From IMG/VR virus record IMGVR_UViG_3300012667_000215, positions 1-34,341 of that record: 34,341 bases of DNA. One strand, given 5' to 3'. This document shows, in pieces, positions 8,376 through 15,465 of the stretch (the stretch's first letter is position 1; each line of letters starts with the position of its first letter). The notes under the pieces were generated by a model, which was given only the letters and a program-made list of their open reading frames with translations, did no database searches and had not been told where the DNA came from. This stretch comes from a virus. Its lineage: Duplodnaviria; Caudoviricetes. The position numbers were made by a program, and so were the translations under genes.

Positions 8376-8473
8376 AAAATAAGATATAGTGCCCAACCAT
8401 TCATTCGCATTGGTGCTGCACTTTAAAAAATAAGGTATAGGCGCAACAACTTCCAATTATGATAGAACGCACT
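8373..8473. repeat. Two about 51-nt units: conserved TAAAAAATAAGRTATAG(T)GCSCAAC, 20-21 nt variable insert, GCACT
   Basis: Unit 1 at 8373-8422, unit 2 at 8424-8473; inserts CATTCATTCGCATTGGTGCT and AACTTCCAATTATGATAGAAC. Confidence 0.7.
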
Positions 8474-8505
8474 AAGCCCAAATATTAACTTATTTGGGTT
8501 TTTTT
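8474..8505 (+). terminator. Intrinsic terminator ending the late/lysis transcript
   Basis: Stem AAGCCCAAATA / TATTTGGGTTT, loop TTAACT, T tract. Confidence 0.8.
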
Positions 8506-8590
8506 ATGTTCTTTTTAAAAATAAATACGTTAATTATCAAACACTTATAAAATTAATAAAAAAATTATTATGTTTTGTAATAAATATATT

Positions 8591-8598
8591 TATCTTTG
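8591..8598 (+). promoter_or_regulatory. Bacteroidota housekeeping-type -7 element (early promoter)
   Basis: TATCTTTG matches TAnnTTTG in an AT-rich intergenic region before the early gene cluster; the -33 element is weak. Confidence 0.65.
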
Positions 8599-8622
8599 TA
8601 AGGCAATAAAGCAATAGAAATT

Positions 8623-8805
8623 ATGAAAGCAACAATCACAACATTAGGAAATATGGTTTTTTTAAACTTTTTCAATTCAACAAGAGTTTATTCAATTAAA
8701 GGATTTGATACAATAAAAAAAGCTAATAATTATGCTAAAAAATATAATTATGAAATATTTAAAACACTACCAATTGAAATAAAACAATTTACTTATAACG
8801 ACTAA
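8623..8805 (+). CDS. Hypothetical early protein
   Basis: 60 aa ORF, first gene after the early promoter. Confidence 0.6.
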   Translation: MKATITTLGNMVFLNFFNSTRVYSIKGFDTIKKANNYAKKYNYEIFKTLPIEIKQFTYND

Positions 8806-8817
8806 AAAACTAAAACA

Positions 8818-9048
8818 ATGGAAAAAATCACATCACTAACATTCTTTAACTCAATTACAAATGAGTTTATGGTAGAACTAACACTTTACAAAAAAGATAT
8901 AGGCTACTGCGTTTTAACTGATTCAGGTAACAATATAGGTGGCAAGAATATGCTTGAAAATAGCTTTGCTGTAACTTATTTTAACGATGCAATCAAAGAA
9001 GTAAAACAATATTACAATTCACAAGGAATAATTTTTAATACAAAATAA
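8818..9048 (+). CDS. Hypothetical early protein
   Basis: 76 aa ORF with A-rich upstream region. Confidence 0.6.
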   Translation: MEKITSLTFFNSITNEFMVELTLYKKDIGYCVLTDSGNNIGGKNMLENSFAVTYFNDAIKEVKQYYNSQGIIFNTK

Positions 9049-9049
9049 A

Positions 9050-9151
9050 ATGAAAAAACACAACGAAATATTAGAAACAATTTTAGGCACACTATTATGT
9101 GTAGCTATGGCAATGTTAACTTATGTAGTAATATTAATAACACACGATTAA
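9050..9151 (+). CDS. Small single-TM protein (33 aa)
   Basis: MKKHNEILETILGTLLCVAMAMLTYVVILITHD; fills the gap between genes; not in the ORF track. Confidence 0.55.
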   Translation: MKKHNEILETILGTLLCVAMAMLTYVVILITHD

Positions 9152-9153
9152 AA

Positions 9154-9414
9154 ATGAAAATCACAATCACAAAAACAATCCAAGAAACGCACGAACTTGA
9201 TTTACCTGCGTATCGTAAAAACATTTGCTATTATTATAAAATAATAAGCGAAACACAAGCAATCCAAGTTAATTTTGGACAAGATATGGAATCAATTGGC
9301 ATAGCTTACACATCAGTTGCTTTAAATTCAGCATCTGAAGTAGGTAGTCAAGAAGAATTTGATGCAATTTTCAACCAAATATTTACCTTAATTAGCGAGA
9401 AAGCATCACTATGA
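9154..9414 (+). CDS. Hypothetical protein (start revised from 9097 to ATG 9154)
   Basis: MKITITK start follows the stop of the upstream small ORF with an A-rich context. Confidence 0.6.
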   Translation: MKITITKTIQETHELDLPAYRKNICYYYKIISETQAIQVNFGQDMESIGIAYTSVALNSASEVGSQEEFDAIFNQIFTLISEKASL

Positions 9415-9623
9415 CACCAAAAGAAAAAGCAAAAGAGTTAGTTGATAAAATGTATCAAGCACACTCTAATTCTGCAAGTGATATTACTAAATATTTTGCC
9501 AAACAATGTGCATTAATAGCAGTTGATGAGTTTTTAAATATAGAAAATATAAAACCATATATACTTCATAAATTAATAATTAACTTTTATCAACAAGTTA
9601 AAAAAGAAATAGAATTATTATGA
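9411..9623 (+). CDS. Conserved Bacteroidota-phage hypothetical (MTPKEKAKEL...AKQCALIAVDE family)
   Basis: Recognisable motif family; ATGA coupling. Confidence 0.65.
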   Translation: MTPKEKAKELVDKMYQAHSNSASDITKYFAKQCALIAVDEFLNIENIKPYILHKLIINFYQQVKKEIELL

Positions 9624-9814
9624 CACCAATATATTTTCAACCAAAAGGAATTAGACCAAAATACTGCGAGGTAGGTATGATTTCAGAAACCGACCCTGAT
9701 TACATTTGGTACTTAGATGAGCCTTATAAAATTTTAATTAGTGAAGTAAAAATTATAGATAAGGAAAACGTATATTACAATAAGAAAACTAGAAACCACG
9801 AAATAAAATTATGA
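9620..9814 (+). CDS. Hypothetical protein
   Basis: 64 aa, ATGA-coupled. Confidence 0.6.
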   Translation: MTPIYFQPKGIRPKYCEVGMISETDPDYIWYLDEPYKILISEVKIIDKENVYYNKKTRNHEIKL

Positions 9815-10035
9815 CACCATTAGAACGATACGAAATGTATTTTGCACCTACACTGATTGACATTTTTAGCGAGACTAAAGAACCAATTGCAAGTAAGGTA
9901 AGCATAAGTAAAGCATCAAGATTACTCAACACTACTACTGGTTCAATAAGTGGTGCAATGAAACGTAGTGGAATTTATACTAACAGAAAAAATCAACAAA
10001 CATACATTTTAAAATTATGCAAAAAGAAAGATTAA
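9811..10035 (+). CDS. Small DNA-binding protein, NUMOD1/HTH-like
   Basis: SISKASRLLNTTTGSISGAMKR pattern. Confidence 0.45.
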   Translation: MTPLERYEMYFAPTLIDIFSETKEPIASKVSISKASRLLNTTTGSISGAMKRSGIYTNRKNQQTYILKLCKKKD

Positions 10036-10256
10036 AAAAAGAAGTAGTATTGCAGCTACTTGAAAGCCAAGAATCAATAGGCTACATTGCAGATAAAATG
10101 GGAGTTAAATACCAAACAATTTTAAAGCAAATAATAAGTGAATCACCAACACTATGCAAAACACCTTATGTAATAGCTATTAAGAATGCTTTACAATTAC
10201 CATTAAACGAAACAATAACCGAACTATACAATAACGATGGAGGCTATAAAGAATGA
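10017..10256 (+). CDS. HTH (Cro-like) transcriptional regulator
   Basis: IGYIADKMGVKYQTILKQI helix-turn-helix pattern. Confidence 0.5.
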   Translation: MQKERLKKEVVLQLLESQESIGYIADKMGVKYQTILKQIISESPTLCKTPYVIAIKNALQLPLNETITELYNNDGGYKE

Positions 10257-10438
10257 TTGACTTAATAACTGAACAAGAAAACATATTAGCACTGTACTGG
10301 GAACACTACAAGAAATGTCTTGCACTTACACACACAGGCGAATGTGATGACCAAGAGTTTATTGAATTAGGTAAAGCAGCTAACCAATGGAGACTACAAC
10401 AAGAATTAGTAGATAAATTAAAAAAGGAATTATTATGA
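10253..10438 (+). CDS. Hypothetical protein
   Basis: 61 aa, ATGA-coupled. Confidence 0.6.
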   Translation: MIDLITEQENILALYWEHYKKCLALTHTGECDDQEFIELGKAANQWRLQQELVDKLKKELL

Positions 10439-10632
10439 GCAAACAAACAGCAGTAAATTGGTTAATTGATAAAATATATTTTGAACGAGTAGAGGTAAAT
10501 AGAGAATTGCTTGACAAAGCTATAGAAATGGAAAAGCAACAAATTGAAAATGCTTTTTGTAAGGGGTTTTTAACAGAGGGTGATTTGGTTATTATTTGTC
10601 AACAATACATTGAAGAAACATTTAACAAATAA
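10435..10632 (+). CDS. Hypothetical protein, KQTAVxWL...EMEKQQI family, paralog 1
   Basis: Shares terminal motifs with 10636-10848. Confidence 0.65.
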   Translation: MSKQTAVNWLIDKIYFERVEVNRELLDKAIEMEKQQIENAFCKGFLTEGDLVIICQQYIEETFNK

Positions 10633-10635
10633 ATT

Positions 10636-10848
10636 ATGAATAAACAAACAGTAACAAATTGGTTAGAAGAAGAATTTATAAAACTTGAATCAACAATAGG
10701 TGTACATTCTAAAATGTATGAATTACTTGAACGAGCCAAAGAAATGGAAAAGCAACAAATAATTGAAGCGTGCAACCAAATAGAAGTAATTGGATTAGAC
10801 CACGAATTAGCAGGAGAAAAATACTACAACCAAACATTTAAAGATTAA
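10636..10848 (+). CDS. Hypothetical protein, KQTxxxWL...EMEKQQI family, paralog 2
   Basis: Shares terminal motifs and a 20-nt identical block with 10435-10632. Confidence 0.65.
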   Translation: MNKQTVTNWLEEEFIKLESTIGVHSKMYELLERAKEMEKQQIIEACNQIEVIGLDHELAGEKYYNQTFKD

Positions 10849-10851
10849 ATT

Positions 10852-11016
10852 ATGAGCAGAATAGACACCTTAAGAAATAGATACGACAAAATAAATCGAT
10901 TAAGGAATATTGCAATAAATGAACGCAATATTTTGAAAGCAAAACAAGCACAATGGTTATTGTTCTTAATCACAGCAAATTTAAACTTAATTAGCCAACC
11001 ACAGCAATGGAATTAG
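10852..11016 (+). CDS. Hypothetical basic protein (54 aa)
   Basis: MSRIDTLRNRYDKINRLRNIAINERNILKAKQAQWLLFLITANLNLISQPQQWN; fills the gap; not in the ORF track. Confidence 0.55.
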   Translation: MSRIDTLRNRYDKINRLRNIAINERNILKAKQAQWLLFLITANLNLISQPQQWN

Positions 11017-11192
11017 ATAAAATTAGTAATATAGAATTGGGAAATATAGATACCAGTGATTATCCTGATATGGTGGATGCTTACATAGTTTCAGCAGAAA
11101 TAGATGGAGTTGAATTAACCGATGAAGAATTAGAAGAATTAAACTGCAATAGTGATTTTGTATATGACTGCGTTTTAAAACATTTATTTTAA
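11007..11192 (+). CDS. Small highly acidic protein (DYPD..DAYI motif)
   Basis: 17 Asp/Glu versus 2 Lys in 61 aa. Confidence 0.65.
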   Translation: MELDKISNIELGNIDTSDYPDMVDAYIVSAEIDGVELTDEELEELNCNSDFVYDCVLKHLF

Positions 11193-11392
11193 TGAATTTA
11201 GAATATTTAGAACATAACGCAAAATTTATTTCACTTGAAATTCAAGAACTTGAAGAAGAAATAATATTACTTATGCAGAATATATTAACAAAAAATACTA
11301 TATTGCGCATCAATAAATACGAAAATCAAATTAGTGTTTACAGTAAACAATTAGAACAAACAAAAAAACAAATTAAACAATGGAAAATTTAA
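11192..11392 (+). CDS. Hypothetical coiled-coil protein
   Basis: 66 aa with heptad-like pattern, TAATG-coupled. Confidence 0.55.
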   Translation: MNLEYLEHNAKFISLEIQELEEEIILLMQNILTKNTILRINKYENQISVYSKQLEQTKKQIKQWKI

Positions 11393-11898
11393 CAAAAATT
11401 CAAAGAGAACTTAAAGTTCCAAAAGGAAACTTCAACAGTTTCGGAAAGTACAAGTATCGTAGTGCAGAAGACATACTTGAAGCAGTAAAGCCAGTATTAG
11501 CAAATAACAATGCAAGGCTAACTATTAGTGATGACATCGTGCTATTGGGTACAAAAGTATTTATTAAGTCAACAGCAACACTTAAAATAGGCGATGAGGT
11601 ATTAAGTTGTAGTGGTTATGCTGAAACTTCTGAACACAAAGGAATGAGTGCAGAACAAACCACAGGAACTGCAAGTTCTTATGCTCGTAAGTATGCTTTA
11701 AACGGATTATTCTTAATTGATGAAACCGAAGCAGATGCAGACAATCAAAACGTGACAAATAGCAAACCTACACTGGCTAAAAACACACAAGGCTTTAACG
11801 ATGCTTTAGACTATGTAAAGAATGGTGGCGACATTAACAAAGTTAAAGCAAAGTATTATTTAACTAAAGAAGTGGAGGAACTACTAAATGTTAAGTAG
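11380..11898 (+). CDS. erf: ERF-family single-strand annealing protein
   Basis: FGKYKYRSAEDILEAVKP and Q.TGTASSYARKYALNGLF.I...DAD signature. Confidence 0.9.
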   Translation: MENLTKIQRELKVPKGNFNSFGKYKYRSAEDILEAVKPVLANNNARLTISDDIVLLGTKVFIKSTATLKIGDEVLSCSGYAETSEHKGMSAEQTTGTASSYARKYALNGLFLIDETEADADNQNVTNSKPTLAKNTQGFNDALDYVKNGGDINKVKAKYYLTKEVEELLNVK

Positions 11899-12577
11899 TC
11901 ATAGATTAGGTAAATTCACAGCATCCACAGTCTCCAACTTATTTGTTGGAGGCAAGGGTGCAACGAAAGATAGTTACATTATGGATAAGGCAATAGAGAC
12001 TGTTAAAGGCTATGCAAAATCTTTTACAAGTAAACACACCGAACACGGAAATATAAACGAATTAGAGGCATTAGAATCATTTATAGAGGTAACAGGTCTT
12101 AACGCAGTTTATTTAGATTCACAATACTTTCCAATAAACGATAATTGTGGCAGTACACCTGATGCAGCTATTATGGATTTTGATGGTGTGATTGCTGCAA
12201 GTATTGATTTAAAATGCCCTACTGAAAAATTCTTTGAACAAAAAATGATGATGATTAACGACAGTAAGCCAGAATTTCAGAACGTACCTAAAGCATATTT
12301 TTACCAAGCACAAATGCAAATGATGTCACTAACTAAACACAACGAAACATTAGGGCATCCACCTGTAACAAATCATTATTTAGTAAGGTATTTAACATCC
12401 ACGAACTATGATTTTGATGGTAACAAAATAGAGATAGACTTACCTTTAAATGTTCGTATATTCTACAAAATAATTCACGCAGATTTAGAAGTTCAAGCAA
12501 AGATACTGCAAGAAGTAGCAGCAGCAAGTGAGCAAAGAGATGCATTAATTAACATTTTAAAACAACCAATAATCTAA
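11888..12577 (+). CDS. YqaJ / lambda-exonuclease-like recombination nuclease
   Basis: R.GKFTAS, HG..NE, GSTPD, DLKCP and YFYQAQMQM motifs. Confidence 0.85.
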   Translation: MLSSHRLGKFTASTVSNLFVGGKGATKDSYIMDKAIETVKGYAKSFTSKHTEHGNINELEALESFIEVTGLNAVYLDSQYFPINDNCGSTPDAAIMDFDGVIAASIDLKCPTEKFFEQKMMMINDSKPEFQNVPKAYFYQAQMQMMSLTKHNETLGHPPVTNHYLVRYLTSTNYDFDGNKIEIDLPLNVRIFYKIIHADLEVQAKILQEVAAASEQRDALINILKQPII

Positions 12578-12578
12578 T

Positions 12579-12872
12579 ATGTACAAAGTAAAAGGAAAAA
12601 TCACCCAAATCGGTGAAGTAGTATCAGGCTTAACAAAAGCAGGTAAAGAGTGGAACAAAAGTGAATTCGTAATCGAAACACTTGACCCTAAATATCCAAA
12701 GTTAATTTGTTTTACATTGATGAAACAAGATGAATTATTAAACCACAAAGTAGGTGGTGAAGTAGAGGTAACATTTAGTGTTGATAGCAGAGATTACAAT
12801 AATAAATGGTATCACAATATCAATGCTATTAGTTTGAGCAAAGCACACGATAGTTCAAATTTACCATTTTAA
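12579..12872 (+). CDS. DUF3127 OB-fold putative ssDNA-binding protein
   Basis: GKEW.K.EFVIET...YPK.ICF, SR.YN.KWY, C-terminal LPF. Confidence 0.85.
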   Translation: MYKVKGKITQIGEVVSGLTKAGKEWNKSEFVIETLDPKYPKLICFTLMKQDELLNHKVGGEVEVTFSVDSRDYNNKWYHNINAISLSKAHDSSNLPF

Positions 12873-12876
12873 AAAC

Positions 12877-12906
12877 AAGGGGGTGGTATTAACTGCCACC
12901 CCTTTT
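12877..12906 (+). terminator. Intrinsic terminator after the SSB gene
   Basis: Stem GGGGTGGTA / TGCCACCCC, loop TTAAC, followed by TTTT. Confidence 0.7.
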
Positions 12907-12910
12907 AACT

Positions 12911-13531
12911 ATGAACGAAATTAAACAAAAAAAATGCAAAGTTTGTGCAGTAAAGTTTACTCCTTATAAAAGTACACAGGTAGTATGTACTCCTAAATGT
13001 GCGATTGAATTAGCATTTAGTAAGCCAGTAAAGCCAAACTATGCTAAAATTAAACGTGAAAAATTAGAAGTATTAGAATCAATTTCAAAAGTTAGAAAAG
13101 ATTTAGAAAGAGAAATAAACGCAATAATTAGAATAATTGATAATGGACATAAGTGTATATCTTGCAATAAATTTTATAATAAACCTTTTGCAGGTCACTA
13201 TCATTCTGTTGGAAGTAAGCCTAATTTAAGATACAACTTATTTAATATTTACATTCAATGTTTTTCTTGTAATGGTTTTAAAGGTGGGTTATTGTTAGAA
13301 TATGGCGAAGGATTAATAAATACTTTTGGTTTAAAACATAAAGAGTTTTGTGAATATGAATTAGTTTCAAATAATTATGTTTTAAAATTAACGATTAATG
13401 AATTAAAAGAATTAATTGTAATAGCTAAATCAATTGTAAAAGTTTTAAAAATAGAAAACAAGCAGTACAGTAATTTAGAAAGATTACAAATAAGAAAAAA
13501 ATTTAATAATATGTTAGGTATTTATAAATAA
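12911..13531 (+). CDS. ninG: NinG/Rap-like recombination endonuclease
   Basis: CKVC...F.P....Q.VC...CA N-terminus; CISC, AGHY, LRYN..NI..QC..CN. Confidence 0.85.
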   Translation: MNEIKQKKCKVCAVKFTPYKSTQVVCTPKCAIELAFSKPVKPNYAKIKREKLEVLESISKVRKDLEREINAIIRIIDNGHKCISCNKFYNKPFAGHYHSVGSKPNLRYNLFNIYIQCFSCNGFKGGLLLEYGEGLINTFGLKHKEFCEYELVSNNYVLKLTINELKELIVIAKSIVKVLKIENKQYSNLERLQIRKKFNNMLGIYK

Positions 13532-13569
13532 ATATGTTAATATTGCAAAACAAAAATGTAATATAAACT

Positions 13570-14217
13570 ATGGCAAAAAGATTAAATATTATTACTGGTA
13601 CTAAATATAATTATTTAGAAGTAATTTCTGATGGGGCAAATTTAAGGATGCCAAGTGGTCAAATAAATAGAACCATTAAATGTAAGTGTGATTGTGGAAC
13701 TATAAAAGAAATAAGGTTACTGCATCTAATTAGAAACAAAATTAGTAGTTGTGGTTGTAAACATAAAACAATGAATGGTAAAAGCACAACAAAGCTATTT
13801 AAAGTTTGGAGAGCATTAAATAGAAGATGTGATAAAGATTATTTTGAAAATCATTTATATTTTAAAAAAGGAATAACTGTATGTGAAGAATGGAAATATA
13901 AATTTGAAAGTTTTGAGAATTGGTCTTTAAAAAATGGTTATAAAGAAGGATTACAAATAGATAGAACTGATAATTCAAAAGGTTATTCCCCTTATAATTG
14001 CAGATGGGTTACATCAAAAATAAATACTAATAATAGAGATAATACAATAATTTTAAATTATAAAAATAATTCAATATCTTTAAATTTATTATTAGATACA
14101 TTAGGATTAAACAATCATTATGGAGCTATTTATAGAAGAATTAAAAGAGGTTGGGAACATAATAAAGCAATTGATACACCAATAAAAAAAGGTAATTATA
14201 AAACAAAAATTAAATGA
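13570..14217 (+). CDS. Free-standing HNH homing endonuclease-like protein
   Basis: CKCDCG, SCGC, GITVCEEW, IDRTDNSKGYSPYNCRWVT motifs; C-terminal RIKRGW...AI..P. Confidence 0.85.
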   Translation: MAKRLNIITGTKYNYLEVISDGANLRMPSGQINRTIKCKCDCGTIKEIRLLHLIRNKISSCGCKHKTMNGKSTTKLFKVWRALNRRCDKDYFENHLYFKKGITVCEEWKYKFESFENWSLKNGYKEGLQIDRTDNSKGYSPYNCRWVTSKINTNNRDNTIILNYKNNSISLNLLLDTLGLNNHYGAIYRRIKRGWEHNKAIDTPIKKGNYKTKIK

Positions 14218-14489
14218 GAGAACAGTTAGAAAAGAGTTTGAGTGAAATGGGTGTAATGGCATACATAATAGCTAAACATCAACAAAACTATTTGGATGGC
14301 ATAGAAGGTCTTAAAAAACTAATGATACCAAGTGAAGTTGCAGTGATGCAAAGACTTTCAAAAGCAAACCAAGACTTTATTCGTAGAAGTGATAAATCAT
14401 TCAAGAAAGCAAATATTGATGTTACTAAAATTGAGGATATGGTTTTAGATATGCTTGATAAAATTGAAATGGAATTTAAAAAGCTATGA
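14214..14489 (+). CDS. Hypothetical protein
   Basis: 91 aa, ATGA-coupled. Confidence 0.6.
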   Translation: MREQLEKSLSEMGVMAYIIAKHQQNYLDGIEGLKKLMIPSEVAVMQRLSKANQDFIRRSDKSFKKANIDVTKIEDMVLDMLDKIEMEFKKL

Positions 14490-14611
14490 AAATATTTATA
14501 CTAATACTAATTTTATCAGGGTGCTGTGGTTGGTCAGATACCTGCGAGAAAAACGAAAGCAAACCAATAGAAGTAAATCAAGCAATTAAATTAGATTCAA
14601 CAAAACGATAA
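14486..14611 (+). CDS. Small putative lipoprotein (41 aa)
   Basis: MKIFILILILSGC lipobox; coupled at both ends (ATGA, TAATG); not in the ORF track. Confidence 0.55.
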   Translation: MKIFILILILSGCCGWSDTCEKNESKPIEVNQAIKLDSTKR

Positions 14612-15054
14612 TGGAAAATAAAGATATTATAATCAACGAAATAGTTGATAAAGCAGAAAAAAGAATATTAAAAGAAACTGGTATAGCTTGTAAATTATTT
14701 GTCAAAAGAAATATTGATTTAATGAACTATAACGAAATAGGCAACAAGATAATTGAAATATGTGCTAATGAGTGGGGAATAGAACCAAGTCAACTTATTC
14801 AATCAACTCGTAAAAGAACATTAGTTGAACCAAGACAAGTATCAATGCAGTTAATTAAAAAGCATACACTATTAACCTTATCTGAAATTGGTAAGTTTTA
14901 TATGACTGTAAAAAAAAATAAAGTTATTTATGGCAAAGACCACACAACAATCATTCACGGAATTAAAGCAGTTGATAATTTACTTGATTACGACAAGAGA
15001 TTCAGCGAGAAATACAAAAGAATAACTGAAACTATTGATTTAATATTCTACTAA
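14611..15054 (+). CDS. DnaA C-terminal (domain IV) HTH-like protein
   Basis: RKRTLVEPRQVSM...TLSEIG...KDHTTIIHGIKAV matches the DnaA domain IV signature; no AAA+ domain. Confidence 0.85.
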   Translation: MENKDIIINEIVDKAEKRILKETGIACKLFVKRNIDLMNYNEIGNKIIEICANEWGIEPSQLIQSTRKRTLVEPRQVSMQLIKKHTLLTLSEIGKFYMTVKKNKVIYGKDHTTIIHGIKAVDNLLDYDKRFSEKYKRITETIDLIFY

Positions 15055-15096
15055 AATTTTGTTATTATTTTGTGTATTAGTATGATTTAAAACTAT

Positions 15097-15104
15097 TATA
15101 TTTG
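15097..15104 (+). promoter_or_regulatory. Bacteroidota -7 promoter element for the replication operon
   Basis: TATATTTG matches TAnnTTTG, 5 nt upstream of a structured leader. Confidence 0.65.
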
Positions 15105-15109
15105 CAAGA

Positions 15110-15250
15110 GTTAAAAGATGTCAGAGCCCTTTTAGCAAACTATCATTAATTTCCATTAGTTAATTAAATATAGGCAAATTCCCCAAGTAGCTCTGACCTG
15201 CTTGGGGTTTTGCTTTTTATACCAAGCCTAATCGTGGCTTTAAACGATTA
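15110..15250 (+). promoter_or_regulatory. Structured 5' leader: two hairpins with complementary loops, the second an intrinsic terminator
   Basis: GTCAGAGC (15120-15127) is complementary to GCTCTGAC (15190-15197); terminator stem CCCCAAGTAG / CTGCTTGGGG with T tract; third hairpin TAATCGT / ACGATTA. Confidence 0.65.
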
Positions 15251-15256
15251 TAAATT

Positions 15257-15463
15257 ATGGCATACGAATTAGTATTTACTTCAACAGAAAAAAGCGAAAT
15301 TGACGCTTTAATGATTGTCAGGGCTAACATTAATAATGAAATATTTATTGAAATAACTGATAGTTTAAAAAATTATCCATCAAGATTTATTTGTTTAGAT
15401 AAGGAAACTGCAATTAAATTTTCAAAGGAATTAAGAAAACAAATTTCATTTTTACAAGATTAG
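15257..15463 (+). CDS. Conserved hypothetical protein
   Basis: 68 aa, ICLDKETAIKFSKELRKQI; first gene of the replication operon. Confidence 0.65.
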   Translation: MAYELVFTSTEKSEIDALMIVRANINNEIFIEITDSLKNYPSRFICLDKETAIKFSKELRKQISFLQD

Positions 15464-15465
15464 AT

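Noticed and set aside
8373-8473. Canonical CRISPR array
   Set aside because: Only two imperfect repeats plus a 5-nt partial, inserts of 20-21 nt, and no cas genes. Kept as an unexplained mini-array instead.
9097-9153. N-terminal extension of the track ORF 9097-9414
   Set aside because: It overlaps a better small membrane ORF (9050-9151), and ATG 9154 has the typical A-rich context.
15134-15160. Other intergenic AGCAAA hits (15134, 22288) as late promoters
   Set aside because: No TATAT at the 13-nt spacing.
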